NCBI GenBank assembly: GCA_902591665.1
Contig: CACJBO010000002.1
Coordinates: 151,398 to 215,397 of the forward strand
Source: an uncultured SAR86 cluster bacterium
GTDB lineage: Bacteria > Pseudomonadota > Gammaproteobacteria > Magnimaribacterales > D2472
Direction of reading: 5' to 3'
Length of the DNA: 64,000 nucleotides
The notes below the pieces were generated by a model. The model searched no databases, was not told the origin of the DNA, and saw nothing but the letters and a program-made list of their open reading frames with translations. Both the position numbers and the translations under genes were made by a program. Shown in pieces: positions 1-10,680 of this stretch (position 1 is the first letter of the stretch; every line of letters begins with the position of its first letter).

Positions 1-3000
1 TGCTTAATTTTTTTAAGTACTATAAACATAGCAGGTATATACAGTAACGCTGTCATTGTTGCTCCTAAAACACCAATACTCATGGCCCAAGCCAAAGGCC
101 TAAAAAATACGCTTGCAAAAATTAAAGGAACAAAACCACCAAGAGTTGTTAAAGAAGTGGTGATTATGTGTCTTGTTGATCTTATAACAACTTCTATTAA
201 TTCAGCCTTTGATATTAATTTTTTTTCAGCCTCTTCTTTTATGTGTGATAGAACTATAATTGAGTCATTGATCGAAAGCCCTATCAAACCAACAGCAGCT
301 ACTGTTCCTATAAAACCATAATTCTGTTGTCCAATAAATAAACCTAAAAAAGATAGTCCAATTGATAATATTGCTACTGATAAAATTATTGAAGCCTGTC
401 TAAATGAATTTAATGCTATTACCAGCCCTATTACAATAAGAATCATATAAATTACTGCTGATGAATACAAAGAGGCTTGTGATTCACCTCTTGTTTCTGC
501 TTCTCCAAGTTGTTTGATTGAGTATCCTGGGGGCAAATCATTCTTAAACTCCTCAACATCATCTTTAATAAATTCTTCAGTTGCAGAAGATAAGGTACCC
601 GTCCAAACCCAGCCCTCAACACTATTCATTCTTTGACCATCTTGTCTTGTAATGATTGAAGATTTATTTGTTATCCTGCTTTCGCCAAAGCTATCTATAT
701 ACTCAAAACCATTTTGAGAGGGAATGGTTAAATAGCTTGCTGATCCTAAAATGTCATCAGGCTTATTAATGCCTTTTAATCTTATTGGTATTTCTTTATT
801 AGAATCAAGCATAGTTCCAACAATTACGCCGTTATTGGCAGCATATAATTCATTAACTAAATTTTTCGGATTTATGCCTGATAAAGAAATGTTTGAATTG
901 CTGAGCTCAAGCTCAATATTAGTATTTATGTTTGAGGTTTCTGATTTTGTAAGACTTATATCAGGAGCATTATTAATGATGAGTTCTAATTTTTCTCCAA
1001 GCTGTTTCAGAACATAGGGATCATCGCCAAAGATCACATAACTAACATCTGAAAAAACTGGAGGGCCTGCAATAAAGCTATCCACTATCACAATAATATC
1101 TGGATTTTCATCTACAATTAGTTTTGAAAGCTCAGGCAAATTATCAATCATTTGATAATAATCTTTTGCAAAAAATACAGACTGAGCTACATTATTTGCA
1201 CCCTGCTTTTCCTTGCCACCAACAATGTTCATCAAAACTCTTGGCATTCTCCTTCCTACAAACCAATAATCTTTTTCAACTTCAACAAGGCCAGATTCAA
1301 GAACCTGATTTCTTATAATCTTTGCTCTCTCAAGGGTCTTTTCAGCAGAAGCATTAGATGGCAACTCAATATTAATCCTAAACATGTCTCTGTCTTGAGC
1401 GGGAAAAAAATCCTTTGGCAAAGTTGTAAACAGTAAAAATCCAAGGACTGGTAAAGAAATAGAAATTAATAATGCCCTTCTTGGAACTGCGAAAGACCAT
1501 GTTAAAAAACTTCTATATTTATCAAGAATCTTTTTGTTGTGATAGCCCTCACTGTGAATATCAACATTTTTAAAATATGGAATTTTTTCCATATAACTCA
1601 TTAAAACTGGTACCAATAAAATTGCCAAAGCTAGAGATGAAGTAATGGACATAATAACTGTCAAAGCTAAACCACTAACAAATTCAATACTAGGACCCTC
1701 TCCGGTTACAATTGGTAAAAATGCAAATACTGTTGTTGCGGTTGCAGCTGTGAGAGGTATTATGAGGTGATTTACTGATTCAGTAATTGAATCCTTTATA
1801 GAAAGACCAATATTTCTTCTGTGCTTATAATCTTCAACAACTATAATTCCATTATCAATCAATAACCCAAGAGCAATTATTATCCCAGTTATTGATGTCT
1901 GATGAAGAGGCAGTCCAATAGCTCTGCATCCAATCATCACTAAACATACTGAAAAAGGGAGTATTAAAGTAACAATAATTGCAGGCCTTAAACCCAGAAA
2001 AAATAGACTAATACTTAGAACAAAAAATATAGCAAGAGAAAAACTTTTTATTAACTCATTAAATTTCTGTGTCGTGTAAGATGATTCATCATATATTTCT
2101 TCAATAGTGATTTCTTCTGGCAAAGAAGATCGCATTTCATCTACAACTAATCTTGCTCGATCAACATAATCATGAACCCTTTGTGACATGGCTCCAAGTG
2201 CTGCTACAGATACAACAACTCTTCCGTTATATAAGAAAATATCTTCAATAGGTGATAATGGTTTTTTTGAAATATTCGCAATATCTTGAAGCTGAATAAT
2301 CTCAGAGTTATTAACAACTTTAATAGGAATCTCAGAAATTTTTTGAACACTTTGAGTGTTATCTTTTAGTCTAATCAAAAATTCAGAATTTTGGTTTGAA
2401 GAGACACCAGCTGCTCTCTTATTGTCAAAAGACTCCAGAGCATTTGAAATCTGGCTGTATGTTAAACCTAGCGAAGAAATTTTATTAGAATCTACCTCAA
2501 CTACAATTTCTTCGTCTGTTTCTCCATAAATTGCAGTTGCATGAGTGGCGCCAATTGAGCTAAGTTTTCTTTTTAGCTGATTACCTAACCTCGACATCAT
2601 TACAATTGGTGCCTCGCCCGATCCATTCCAAGATATAGCATATTGAACAGTTATTGGCGGCCCACTGCTTCTGTCGAGAATAACTTCAACCCCTTCAGGA
2701 GATATAAATTGGGCTAATTTATCTTGGACCATCGACCATGTTTGTTCGATTAAATCGGGATGGATGCTATGTTCTAGCTCAACAGTAATGCTTGCATATC
2801 CTTGAGAAATAATTGAATCTAGTTCTTTAATCTCCTCTACTTCTCTGAGCTTTATTTCAAGTTCGTTTACTATTTGAGTTTCAATTCTTTCTGGTGATGC
2901 GCCAGGATAAAAAACTCTTACTCCTGACCAACGCTGTGCAAGCTCAGGATTTTCCTGAATGGGAATTGAAATTGCTGAAGATATTCCGGCTAATAGAATA

Positions 3001-3059
3001 AAAGAAAGGGTAAGAAATAATATTCTTGGTTTCTCAATAAGAAGATTTATAAAACTCAT
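1..3059 (-). CDS. RND efflux transporter permease subunit (AcrB/AcrD/AcrF family), 3'-truncated by the window edge
   Basis: Absent from the ORF track because no stop codon lies in the window. ATG at 3059 overlaps the adaptor stop (ATGA). Hand translation: MSFINLLIEKPRILFLTLSFILLAGISSAISIPIQENPELAQRWSGVRVFYPGASPERIETQIVNELE..., ending ...TALLYIPAMFIVLKKIK at the edge, consistent with the last TM helix of a ~1020 aa RND pump. Confidence 0.93.
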   Translation of the reverse strand, partial: MSFINLLIEKPRILFLTLSFILLAGISSAISIPIQENPELAQRWSGVRVFYPGASPERIETQIVNELEIKLREVEEIKELDSIISQGYASITVELEHSIHPDLIEQTWSMVQDKLAQFISPEGVEVILDRSSGPPITVQYAISWNGSGEAPIVMMSRLGNQLKRKLSSIGATHATAIYGETDEEIVVEVDSNKISSLGLTYSQISNALESFDNKRAAGVSSNQNSEFLIRLKDNTQSVQKISEIPIKVVNNSEIIQLQDIANISKKPLSPIEDIFLYNGRVVVSVAALGAMSQRVHDYVDRARLVVDEMRSSLPEEITIEEIYDESSYTTQKFNELIKSFSLAIFFVLSISLFFLGLRPAIIVTLILPFSVCLVMIGCRAIGLPLHQTSITGIIIALGLLIDNGIIVVEDYKHRRNIGLSIKDSITESVNHLIIPLTAATATTVFAFLPIVTGEGPSIEFVSGLALTVIMSITSSLALAILLVPVLMSYMEKIPYFKNVDIHSEGYHNKKILDKYRSFLTWSFAVPRRALLISISLPVLGFLLFTTLPKDFFPAQDRDMFRINIELPSNASAEKTLERAKIIRNQVLESGLVEVEKDYWFVGRRMPRVLMNIVGGKEKQGANNVAQSVFFAKDYYQMIDNLPELSKLIVDENPDIIVIVDSFIAGPPVFSDVSYVIFGDDPYVLKQLGEKLELIINNAPDISLTKSETSNINTNIELELSNSNISLSGINPKNLVNELYAANNGVIVGTMLDSNKEIPIRLKGINKPDDILGSASYLTIPSQNGFEYIDSFGESRITNKSSIITRQDGQRMNSVEGWVWTGTLSSATEEFIKDDVEEFKNDLPPGYSIKQLGEAETRGESQASLYSSAVIYMILIVIGLVIALNSFRQASIILSVAILSIGLSFLGLFIGQQNYGFIGTVAAVGLIGLSINDSIIVLSHIKEEAEKKLISKAELIEVVIRSTRHIITTSLTTLGGFVPLIFASVFFRPLAWAMSIGVLGATMTALLYIPAMFIVLKKIK

Positions 3060-4042
3060 TGTATATTTAAAGACTTACCTTCAATAATTTTTTGAGCCCC
3101 GCCTAACACCACAAGATCACCATCATTTAATGTTCCATTAACGAAAGCATACTCACCTTCAAAATATAAAATTTCTACAAGATCTCTTACGACAACTTTT
3201 TTATCATTAACTGTATAAATTGCCCATATGCCCTGTTCGGATTGAGATAGAGATTTAATAGGAACCCACGTTCCTCTTCCTTCCATATTTAGACTTAACT
3301 TTAATTCTGCGATAGAGCCAGGATCAAAAAATGTATCAAAATTAAAAATTGCCAACCTGTTATCTGAACCTCCAGGTGTCATGGGAGCAAGTCTTGCAAG
3401 AACACCTTTAGATCTTTTATTTCCAATTTTGAAATCATAAAAATTGCCAATATTTAATTTATCAATATATTTTAAAGGTATAGATATGTGTGCCTCGACA
3501 TTTTTAGACCCTAAGATTTCTACAATCGGAATTCCACCATTTATAACAGAACCTGTATCAAGATATCTGTTTTGAATTACACCATCAAAAGGGGCTGTTA
3601 GTTTAGTCTGTTCAAGTTTTACTTTGTAAAACTCGTACTGTGATTTTGCTATGAGCTCTTCAGAATTAGCATTATCAAGATCCTGAATTGATATATGTCC
3701 TTCTGATCTGAGGTCTTTGTATCTATTTAATATTTGTAAAGCTAGATCATATTTAGCTTTGGCTTGTTGAAGTTGAGCAGTTGCTTCGCGGTTATCTAAT
3801 TCTGCAAGTATTTGTCCTTTTTTTACAGCATCTCCAATATCAACATTTATAACATTAATTTTTCCTGGAATTTCAAAAGCCAGATTAGATTGATGAGCAG
3901 GTAATAATTTTCCAGGAAATTCTCTTGTAATTTTATAAGAGTCCATCATCTTAACTTCAAGAATTTCGAGCGATAACAATTCTGAACTAAAAACTATTGA
4001 GATTAAAAATAAATTTAGTTTTTTAATAATACATTTAATCAT
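3056..4042 (-). CDS. RND efflux periplasmic adaptor (membrane fusion protein)
   Basis: Lipoyl/barrel-sandwich motifs (GKINVINVDIGDAVKKGQILAELD; LTAPFDGVI); directly upstream of the RND permease. Confidence 0.93.
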   Translation of the reverse strand: MIKCIIKKLNLFLISIVFSSELLSLEILEVKMMDSYKITREFPGKLLPAHQSNLAFEIPGKINVINVDIGDAVKKGQILAELDNREATAQLQQAKAKYDLALQILNRYKDLRSEGHISIQDLDNANSEELIAKSQYEFYKVKLEQTKLTAPFDGVIQNRYLDTGSVINGGIPIVEILGSKNVEAHISIPLKYIDKLNIGNFYDFKIGNKRSKGVLARLAPMTPGGSDNRLAIFNFDTFFDPGSIAELKLSLNMEGRGTWVPIKSLSQSEQGIWAIYTVNDKKVVVRDLVEILYFEGEYAFVNGTLNDGDLVVLGGAQKIIEGKSLNIQ

Positions 4043-4067
4043 TTGACTTTATTTACTAAAAAATTTA

Positions 4068-4086
4068 ATGTTAGCAGTGTAAACAT
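4068..4086. promoter_or_regulatory. Putative TetR operator, box 1 (ATGTTAGCAGTGTAAACAT)
   Basis: Imperfect 19-bp palindrome between the divergent adaptor and tetR genes; repeated 29 bp downstream. Confidence 0.75.
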
Positions 4087-4096
4087 GATAGCTAAA

Positions 4097-4115
4097 ATGT
4101 TAGCAGTGTCAACAT
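4097..4115. promoter_or_regulatory. Putative TetR operator, box 2 (ATGTTAGCAGTGTCAACAT)
   Basis: 18/19 identical to box 1; ends 10 bp before the tetR ATG. Confidence 0.75.
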
Positions 4116-4125
4116 TTAAATTAAA

Positions 4126-4746
4126 ATGAAATCATATCATCACGGAAATCTAAAACATGAATTAATAGATTGCGCATGTAAGTTATGTGAACGAGATGGG
4201 TATACAAAATTAAGTATTCGCTCGCTAGCCAAAGAAAGCGGGGTGTCACAAACTGCACCCTATCGTCACTTCGAAACTAAAGAAGCATTATATGCATCAG
4301 TTGCAACAGAAGGATTTAAAAAGCTTTCAGAAGCTTGCTATATTGATGCTGATAAAAAAATTATGAAAAAGCATCTTGTTGAAATGGGATGTAATTATAT
4401 TGATTTTGGTCTCAAAAGTGCTAATACCTATGATCTCATGTTTGGAACTGCAGTTGGTAATTTTGCTGAATATCCTGAATTGTTAGATGCAGCAAATTCA
4501 AGCTATGAAAATTTCAGATCAAATTTTGCTAAATTAGCTAATGAAAGTGATGAAGTAATAGCTTTCAAATGTATTACTTTATGGTCAATGGTACATGGTC
4601 TTGTAGGAATATTAAGAAAAGTTCAGGTAATTCAAGATGCCCCCTTGATGGATCATGAAGCAGGCCCCATGTCGTCTGCTATTCTTATAGCTGATAACTT
4701 AGAAGGTTATTTAGATAAAGCGTTAGATGGGCTTATTCAGAGCTAG
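4126..4746 (+). CDS. TetR/AcrR family transcriptional regulator
   Basis: N-terminal YHHGNLK and HTH (LSIRSLAKESGVSQTAPYRHFETKEAL); divergent from the efflux genes. Confidence 0.93.
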   Translation: MKSYHHGNLKHELIDCACKLCERDGYTKLSIRSLAKESGVSQTAPYRHFETKEALYASVATEGFKKLSEACYIDADKKIMKKHLVEMGCNYIDFGLKSANTYDLMFGTAVGNFAEYPELLDAANSSYENFRSNFAKLANESDEVIAFKCITLWSMVHGLVGILRKVQVIQDAPLMDHEAGPMSSAILIADNLEGYLDKALDGLIQS

Positions 4747-5269
4747 TTACTTCAATTGTTATTTTTTCAGAAACAAAAGGTCCTTGGCCAGCAAAGTTAT
4801 TAATTGATTGTTTTGTATTATGAACAGAAGATCCAAGAATTAGCTGTAACGTATATTTGCCTGGCTCTAATTCAATAGTAGCTTCAGTTTGACCTGCGCC
4901 ATAGTGAAGATGATTCTCATCAAAAGGTATCCAGCCTCTAGGATTCTCATTAACATTTACTAGCAAGTGATGGTGACCAACGGCATGACATTTATTCTCA
5001 GGTCTTTTTTGAACCCCTGCCGGAACTATTTCTATATTTTCAGAGCCAAAAACAACCTTTATATTTTTTGAATCAGAAATATACCCGTCTTGTGGAGACA
5101 CAATATATACTCTTGGGTCTATATCACCACACTCAATATCATCAAGTATAGTTGCTCCAGCTGCAGCCACTAAAACACCACCCATTACAGCAGTTGATAC
5201 TGATGCTGGTACTAAAACACATCCACTTAATAAAGAACTACAAATAGCAGCACAAAGAACTTTATTCAT
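4733..5269 (-). CDS. DUF4399-family putative lipoprotein
   Basis: GHHHLLVN and HLHYGAGQTEATIELEPGKYTLQLILG match the DUF4399 pattern. Start moved to ATG 5269 (MNKVL), which gives a lipobox LLSGC. Confidence 0.7.
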   Translation of the reverse strand: MNKVLCAAICSSLLSGCVLVPASVSTAVMGGVLVAAAGATILDDIECGDIDPRVYIVSPQDGYISDSKNIKVVFGSENIEIVPAGVQKRPENKCHAVGHHHLLVNVNENPRGWIPFDENHLHYGAGQTEATIELEPGKYTLQLILGSSVHNTKQSINNFAGQGPFVSEKITIEVTSSE

Positions 5270-5726
5270 ATGAACCATCCACATAAGTTAAGGTATTGAT
5301 TTCATCTATATTTTTAGACTCAATCACTTTCCCAATAACAATTGTATGAGTGTGATATTCAATCAGTTGATCAACTTCACAGAAAATATTTGCTTGGGCA
5401 TCCTTTAAAAATGGAATGTCTGACAGATCCCACTGATCGGATATAAATCTATTTTTTTCTTCTTCATAATTACTGCAGATATTTGAGAGTTCTTCATGAG
5501 TTTTGGTAAGAAGATTAATGCAATATTTAGTTCCCACTTTTATTGAATCATGAATACCAGCAGTTTTATTTATGCAGACCAATATGCTTGGAGGATCTAT
5601 TGAAACCGATGTAACAGATGAGACAGTAATCGCATTATATTCTTTATTTTCATTTACATTAGACAAGATGCTTACTGAGTAAACATAACTTCTCATTGCT
5701 TTTCTAAAATTATCTTGAAGAGACAT
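5262..5726 (-). CDS. Flavin reductase family protein
   Basis: FRKAMR, AITVSSVTSVSIDPPSILVCIN and HTIVIGKV motifs. Confidence 0.9.
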   Translation of the reverse strand: MSLQDNFRKAMRSYVYSVSILSNVNENKEYNAITVSSVTSVSIDPPSILVCINKTAGIHDSIKVGTKYCINLLTKTHEELSNICSNYEEEKNRFISDQWDLSDIPFLKDAQANIFCEVDQLIEYHTHTIVIGKVIESKNIDEINTLTYVDGSYE

Positions 5727-5791
5727 GTTTGAATTATACTTAGTTTAAATAAAAAAAATATCTGGTTATTTATAATTTTATCAAATAAAAA

Positions 5792-6352
5792 ATGAAGAAT
5801 AGTTTAAGAATATCTGGAGGAAATCTAAGGGGGAAAAAAATACCATTTGAATTTAAAGATTCTCTTAGACCCACTTCAAGCAAGCTTAAAGAAATCTTAT
5901 TTAATTGGATTCAATTCGAAATTCATGAGTGTGTTTGCTTAGATTTATTTGCAGGCACTGGTTCACTTGGTATCGAAGCTCTTTCAAGAGGTTCACCTAA
6001 AGTAATTTTTGTTGAACTTAATAAGAAAAATTATTCGTCTTTATCAATAAATTTAAAAAGTTTAGGTATAAGGGATAGATGTAAAATTTTTTTTAAAGAT
6101 GCATTTTCTTGGCTCAAAAATTATGATCTTTCGGATATTGATATCATTTTTTTAGATCCTCCTTTTAACAAAGATTATGAAACCAAAATTCTTAATCAAT
6201 TATTTAAAAAGAAAGATTTAAAACCATCATGCAAAATTTATCTTGAATATAGTAAGTATAATGAGATTGAAATACCAAAAGGATTTATTGTCCTCAAAGA
6301 AAAAGATGTTGGAGATGTTAAAGCACTGCTCTTAATAAAAGATGAAAATTAG
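5792..6352 (+). CDS. rsmD: 16S rRNA (guanine966-N2)-methyltransferase
   Basis: LRISGGNLRGKK, LRPT, LDLFAGTGSLGIEALSRG, DPPF. Confidence 0.93.
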   Translation: MKNSLRISGGNLRGKKIPFEFKDSLRPTSSKLKEILFNWIQFEIHECVCLDLFAGTGSLGIEALSRGSPKVIFVELNKKNYSSLSINLKSLGIRDRCKIFFKDAFSWLKNYDLSDIDIIFLDPPFNKDYETKILNQLFKKKDLKPSCKIYLEYSKYNEIEIPKGFIVLKEKDVGDVKALLLIKDEN

Positions 6353-7247
6353 AATAGCAACCAGAAAATCAGAATTAGCATTATTTCAAGCAAATTTAGT
6401 TGCTGAAAAGCTTATCGAAAAAAATAATGCTCTACAGGTTGAACTGGTTCCAATGTCTTCAGATGGAGATGAAACAGACGCACCACTTCATCAAATTGGT
6501 GGCAAAGGTCTTTTTATAAATACCCTAGAATCTGCCCTTCTAGAAGAAAAAGCTGATATTGCAGTTCATAGTTTAAAAGATGTTCCAGCAAAACTTGATG
6601 AAAACTTTTGTATTGCAGCCGTTCTTAAAAGGGCTTCTGCTGGCGACATGCTCCTTACTAATAATGGCTGTTCAATCAACGATCTGGCTATAAATTCTAC
6701 AATAGCAACTTCCAGTCCCAGAAGGTATGCTCAAATCAAAAATTTACATCCTGAAATTAAAATTGTTCCTATTAGAGGAAACATAGCAACGAGAATTAGC
6801 AAGCTAGATCAAGAAAATATTGATGGTTTAGTGGTTGCCAAGGCTGCACTAGAAAGACTAAACATAAGTAATAATAATTGCTATGAATTTTCTTTTGAAG
6901 AAATGTTACCAGCAGCCTCTCAGGGCTATATAGGTGTGGAGTGTTTAACATCAAATAAGAAAATTTTAGATATTTTAAAAACAATCAATTCATCAGAAGA
7001 TCTAATTCTTGCTCAAGCAGAGAGAGATTTTGTTTTAAAATTAAATGGGTCATGCCTATCTCCAATTGCTATATATTGCAGACAAAATTTAGATAAAATT
7101 TTAATTTCTGCAAGGGTATTATCTCAAAATGGAGAAAATCAAATTCATAAAGAAATAATCAGCTCTTTTGAATCCATACATAAAGATATCAGAGATTTAT
7201 CTCAAGAGTTTATATCTATGGGTGCTGATAAATTAATCCTTACCTAA
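6342..7247 (+). CDS. hemC: Hydroxymethylbilane synthase
   Basis: IATRKSELAL, GGKGLF, AVHSLKDVP, IRGN, LNGSCLSPI. Confidence 0.95.
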   Translation: MKIRIATRKSELALFQANLVAEKLIEKNNALQVELVPMSSDGDETDAPLHQIGGKGLFINTLESALLEEKADIAVHSLKDVPAKLDENFCIAAVLKRASAGDMLLTNNGCSINDLAINSTIATSSPRRYAQIKNLHPEIKIVPIRGNIATRISKLDQENIDGLVVAKAALERLNISNNNCYEFSFEEMLPAASQGYIGVECLTSNKKILDILKTINSSEDLILAQAERDFVLKLNGSCLSPIAIYCRQNLDKILISARVLSQNGENQIHKEIISSFESIHKDIRDLSQEFISMGADKLILT

Positions 7248-7969
7248 TGATAATTAATACTAGGCCAGAAGAAGTCTCAAAAAAAATTATTGAACTGTGT
7301 GAGCAAGAAAAGATTGAATCTAGACACGTTCATATGTCTAGGATTAAATTTTTGTCTGGTTCAAAAAAACAACAGATATACAGAGAATTAATCAAAAATA
7401 TTCATACATTTTCAAATATAATTTTTACTAGCCAAGCCTCAGCAAAATTTGGCTCTGACTTGTTTAATTTACATCCCGGCCTACTTAATTCAAAACAAAA
7501 TATTTTTTCTGTAGGGGATGCTACTAAAAAAATATTGATTGATAATGGGTTTAAATCGATAACACCAAGCAATAAATCATCTCAAGGCATTATTGATCTA
7601 ATTAAAGAAAAATTTCCAGGTAAAAATTTAATTTTTTGCGGAGAGAATTCAAATATGAATTTGCAAAATGCCTTTAAGGGAAATATGAATGAGGCTGTAT
7701 GTTATAAATTAATATTCGATATAAATCAGCTTCAAAATATACCAAAAAGCTCTGCGGTAATACTCATATATAATTTTTTAACATTTGAATTTATTTATAA
7801 AAACCTTGTAAAGGGTTTAATAGAAAATAAATCATTTGTCCTTGCATCTGAAAGGATTAAATCAGAAGTTTCAAAAATAGTTGAAGAGACAGAAATTCTC
7901 AACAAGATTTATGTTTCAAAGTCTTATATGGATGAGGATATGCTAGATAAGGCTAAAGAGATTATTTAG
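7247..7969 (+). CDS. hemD: Uroporphyrinogen-III synthase
   Basis: N-terminal INTRP, IFTS, VGDAT; translationally coupled to hemC. Confidence 0.8.
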   Translation: MIINTRPEEVSKKIIELCEQEKIESRHVHMSRIKFLSGSKKQQIYRELIKNIHTFSNIIFTSQASAKFGSDLFNLHPGLLNSKQNIFSVGDATKKILIDNGFKSITPSNKSSQGIIDLIKEKFPGKNLIFCGENSNMNLQNAFKGNMNEAVCYKLIFDINQLQNIPKSSAVILIYNFLTFEFIYKNLVKGLIENKSFVLASERIKSEVSKIVEETEILNKIYVSKSYMDEDMLDKAKEII

Positions 7970-9239
7970 ATTTTTTCCCATTTCCAGCCTTCATTGAGGT
8001 GAAGAACTCGTCGTTTGTTTTATGTGACTTCAGTCTGTCAATTAAGAACTGTATTGATTGTGCATCTTCCATCTCATCAAGGATTTTTCTAAGAACCCAC
8101 ATTCTTTGTAGCTCGTCCTCAGAAGTCAACAAGTCCTCTCTTCGTGTGCCCGATCTTCTGATATTAATTGCTGGAAAGATACGTTTTTCTGCAATTTTTC
8201 TTTCCAAATGGATCTCCATATTACCTGTACCTTTAAATTCTTCATAAATAACTTCATCCATTTTAGATCCAGTTTCAACTAAGGCAGTTGCTAAAATAGT
8301 TAGGCTACCTCCTTCTTCTAGATTTCTTGCTGCTCCAAAGAATCTTTTTGGTCTTTCTAGAGCATTTGAATCAACACCCCCGCTTAGTATTTTTCCAGAT
8401 GCTGGTTGAACTGAGTTATATGCTCTTCCAAGTCGAGTAATTGAGTCCAACAAAATAACAACATCTTTTTTATGTTCAACTAGCCTTTTAGCTTTCTCAA
8501 TAACCATGTTTGCTACTTGAACATGTCTGCTTGGGTGCTCATCAAATGTACTTGCGACAACCTCTCCTTTAACAGTTCTTGACATCTCTGTAACCTCTTC
8601 CGGTCTCTCATCGATAAGCAATACTATTAATTCAACTTCTGGATTATTGCTTTTAATAGAATGAGCTATGCTCTGAAGCATCAATGTCTTACCAGCTTTT
8701 GGTGGAGAAACGATTAATCCACGCTGACCTTTACCTATTGGTGCTATTAGATCAATAATTCGTGATGAAAGATCTTCATTAGAGCCGCTTCCCTGTTCAA
8801 GAATTAATCTTTCATTAGGGAAAAGAGGTGTTAAATTTTCAAATAAAATCTTATTTTTTGTATTTTTAGGCTCTTCGCCATTGATAGTGTCGACCTGAAT
8901 TAGAGCAAAGTATCTCTCTTTATCTTTTGGTGTTCTGATTTTGCCAGCAATAGAGTCCCCCTTTCTAAGGCCAAATTTTCTTATCTGACTTGGAGAAACA
9001 TATATATCATCTTCACCTGCACAATATGAACCTTCAGGAGAACGTAAAAAACCAAACCCATCATTTAGTATTTCTAAAACTCCTCCGCCATAAATATCGA
9101 TCCCTTCAGAAGCTTTATGTTTAAAAATTCTAAAAATTATTTCTTGTTTTTTAAGCCTACCAACATCTTCAAGACCAAGCTCGGTTGCTATATCAACCAA
9201 TTCATTAATTGGTTTAACTTTTATTTCAGTGAGATTCAT
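7962..9239 (-). CDS. rho: Transcription termination factor Rho
   Basis: [17 protein letters not shown], Walker [19 protein letters not shown]. Confidence 0.98.
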   Translation of the reverse strand: MNLTEIKVKPINELVDIATELGLEDVGRLKKQEIIFRIFKHKASEGIDIYGGGVLEILNDGFGFLRSPEGSYCAGEDDIYVSPSQIRKFGLRKGDSIAGKIRTPKDKERYFALIQVDTINGEEPKNTKNKILFENLTPLFPNERLILEQGSGSNEDLSSRIIDLIAPIGKGQRGLIVSPPKAGKTLMLQSIAHSIKSNNPEVELIVLLIDERPEEVTEMSRTVKGEVVASTFDEHPSRHVQVANMVIEKAKRLVEHKKDVVILLDSITRLGRAYNSVQPASGKILSGGVDSNALERPKRFFGAARNLEEGGSLTILATALVETGSKMDEVIYEEFKGTGNMEIHLERKIAEKRIFPAINIRRSGTRREDLLTSEDELQRMWVLRKILDEMEDAQSIQFLIDRLKSHKTNDEFFTSMKAGNGKKSK

Positions 9240-9270
9240 ATAAATTTTTCCGTTTTTATATTAATTAAAA

Positions 9271-9317
9271 GAGGATTTGATAAGGTGATGATCTAAGATC
9301 GTGATGCGAAGATGATA
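9271..9317 (-). promoter_or_regulatory. Candidate rut-like (C-rich, G-poor) tract in the rho leader
   Basis: 15 C versus 3 G in 47 nt on the rho sense strand, in an otherwise AT-rich spacer. Confidence 0.45.
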
Positions 9318-9353
9318 ATTGTTTTTAACTAAAGATGCAAAATTAATCTTTAA

Positions 9354-9680
9354 TTAAACAACAGTACTTATAAACTCCTCTAATTGTTGTTTACTTAAAG
9401 CCCCTATTTCTACTCCTGCAGGCTCTCCGTCTTTAAATATTATTAATGATGGAATTGATCTAATCCCATATTTTGCTGCTAACTCCCTATTTGAGTCAAC
9501 ATCCATTTTACAAACTTTGATTTTATCTTTATTTTCTTCTGCTATTTCTTCTACGGTTGGAGATAATTGTTTACATGGTCCACACCATTCAGCCCAAAAG
9601 TCTACGAGCACCGGCATATCAGAATTTAAAACATCATTGTTAAAATTCTCTTCATCTTGTAATTCTATAACGCTACTCAT
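9354..9680 (-). CDS. trxA: Thioredoxin
   Basis: WCGPC active site; upstream of rho as in other proteobacteria. Confidence 0.97.
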   Translation of the reverse strand: MSSVIELQDEENFNNDVLNSDMPVLVDFWAEWCGPCKQLSPTVEEIAEENKDKIKVCKMDVDSNRELAAKYGIRSIPSLIIFKDGEPAGVEIGALSKQQLEEFISTVV

Positions 9681-10675
9681 TTAGTTGTTATCTCCTTGGA
9701 AATTTCTTTAGCTGCATACGTTAGAATTGCGTCTGCACCGGCTCTTTTAAAGCTTACGAGAGATTCTAACATAACATTCTCGTCTAGCCACCCTTTATTG
9801 ATAGCAAGTTTTAACATGCTGTATTCTCCACTTACTTGATATGCAAATGTTGGAATTTTAAAAGTGTCTTTAACCAATGAAATTATATCAAGATAAGGCA
9901 TACCAGGTTTAATCATTACAATATCTGCACCCTCGCTTATATCCATTGCAACTTCATGAATGGCTTCATTCTTGTTATGAAATGACATTTGATATGAAGA
10001 CTTAGATGCTCCTGCAAGATTGCCAGCTGAGTTTACAGCATCTCTGAAAGGACCATAAAATTTTGAGTTATATTTAGCAGCATAAGACAAAAGAATTGTA
10101 TTTTTATAGTTAGCCTCTTCTAATGCTTTTCTTATAATTCCAATTCTGCCGTCCATCATATCTGAAGGCGCAATAATATCAGCACCCGATTCAGCCAATA
10201 AAAGTGATTGAGATTTTAATGCATCAAGCGTTAAATCGTTATCGACGTAATTATCTTTAATGATTCCATCATGCCCATGATTTGTATAAGGATCTAATGC
10301 AACATCGGCAATAATGATAATCTCTGGAAACCTCTTTTTGATTGATTGGATTGATTTACAAATTAGATTTGATTTATTCAGTGCCTCTTTACCAAAATCA
10401 TCTTTCTTACTCTCTTCAATTACAGGAAATAAGGCAATTGAGTTGACGCCGCTATTTAATACATCTTCTACTTCACTAAGAACACTGTCTGCACTGAATC
10501 TTGATATGTTGGGCATAGAGTCAATCGGCTCTGTCCCTTCAAGATTTTCTTTAATAAATAATGGCTGTATTAAATCATTAGAAGATAAACTTGTTTCAGA
10601 AACTAGCTTAATTAAATTATCACTTGCTCTAAGGCGTCTAAGTCTTGAATTTGGAAAATTTCTTTTTACATTCAT
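9677..10675 (-). CDS. hemB: Porphobilinogen synthase
   Basis: RLRRLR, DVALDPYTNHGHDG, APSDMMDGR, MIKPGMPYLD. Confidence 0.96.
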   Translation of the reverse strand: MNVKRNFPNSRLRRLRASDNLIKLVSETSLSSNDLIQPLFIKENLEGTEPIDSMPNISRFSADSVLSEVEDVLNSGVNSIALFPVIEESKKDDFGKEALNKSNLICKSIQSIKKRFPEIIIIADVALDPYTNHGHDGIIKDNYVDNDLTLDALKSQSLLLAESGADIIAPSDMMDGRIGIIRKALEEANYKNTILLSYAAKYNSKFYGPFRDAVNSAGNLAGASKSSYQMSFHNKNEAIHEVAMDISEGADIVMIKPGMPYLDIISLVKDTFKIPTFAYQVSGEYSMLKLAINKGWLDENVMLESLVSFKRAGADAILTYAAKEISKEITTK

Positions 10676-10680
10676 AGTTT

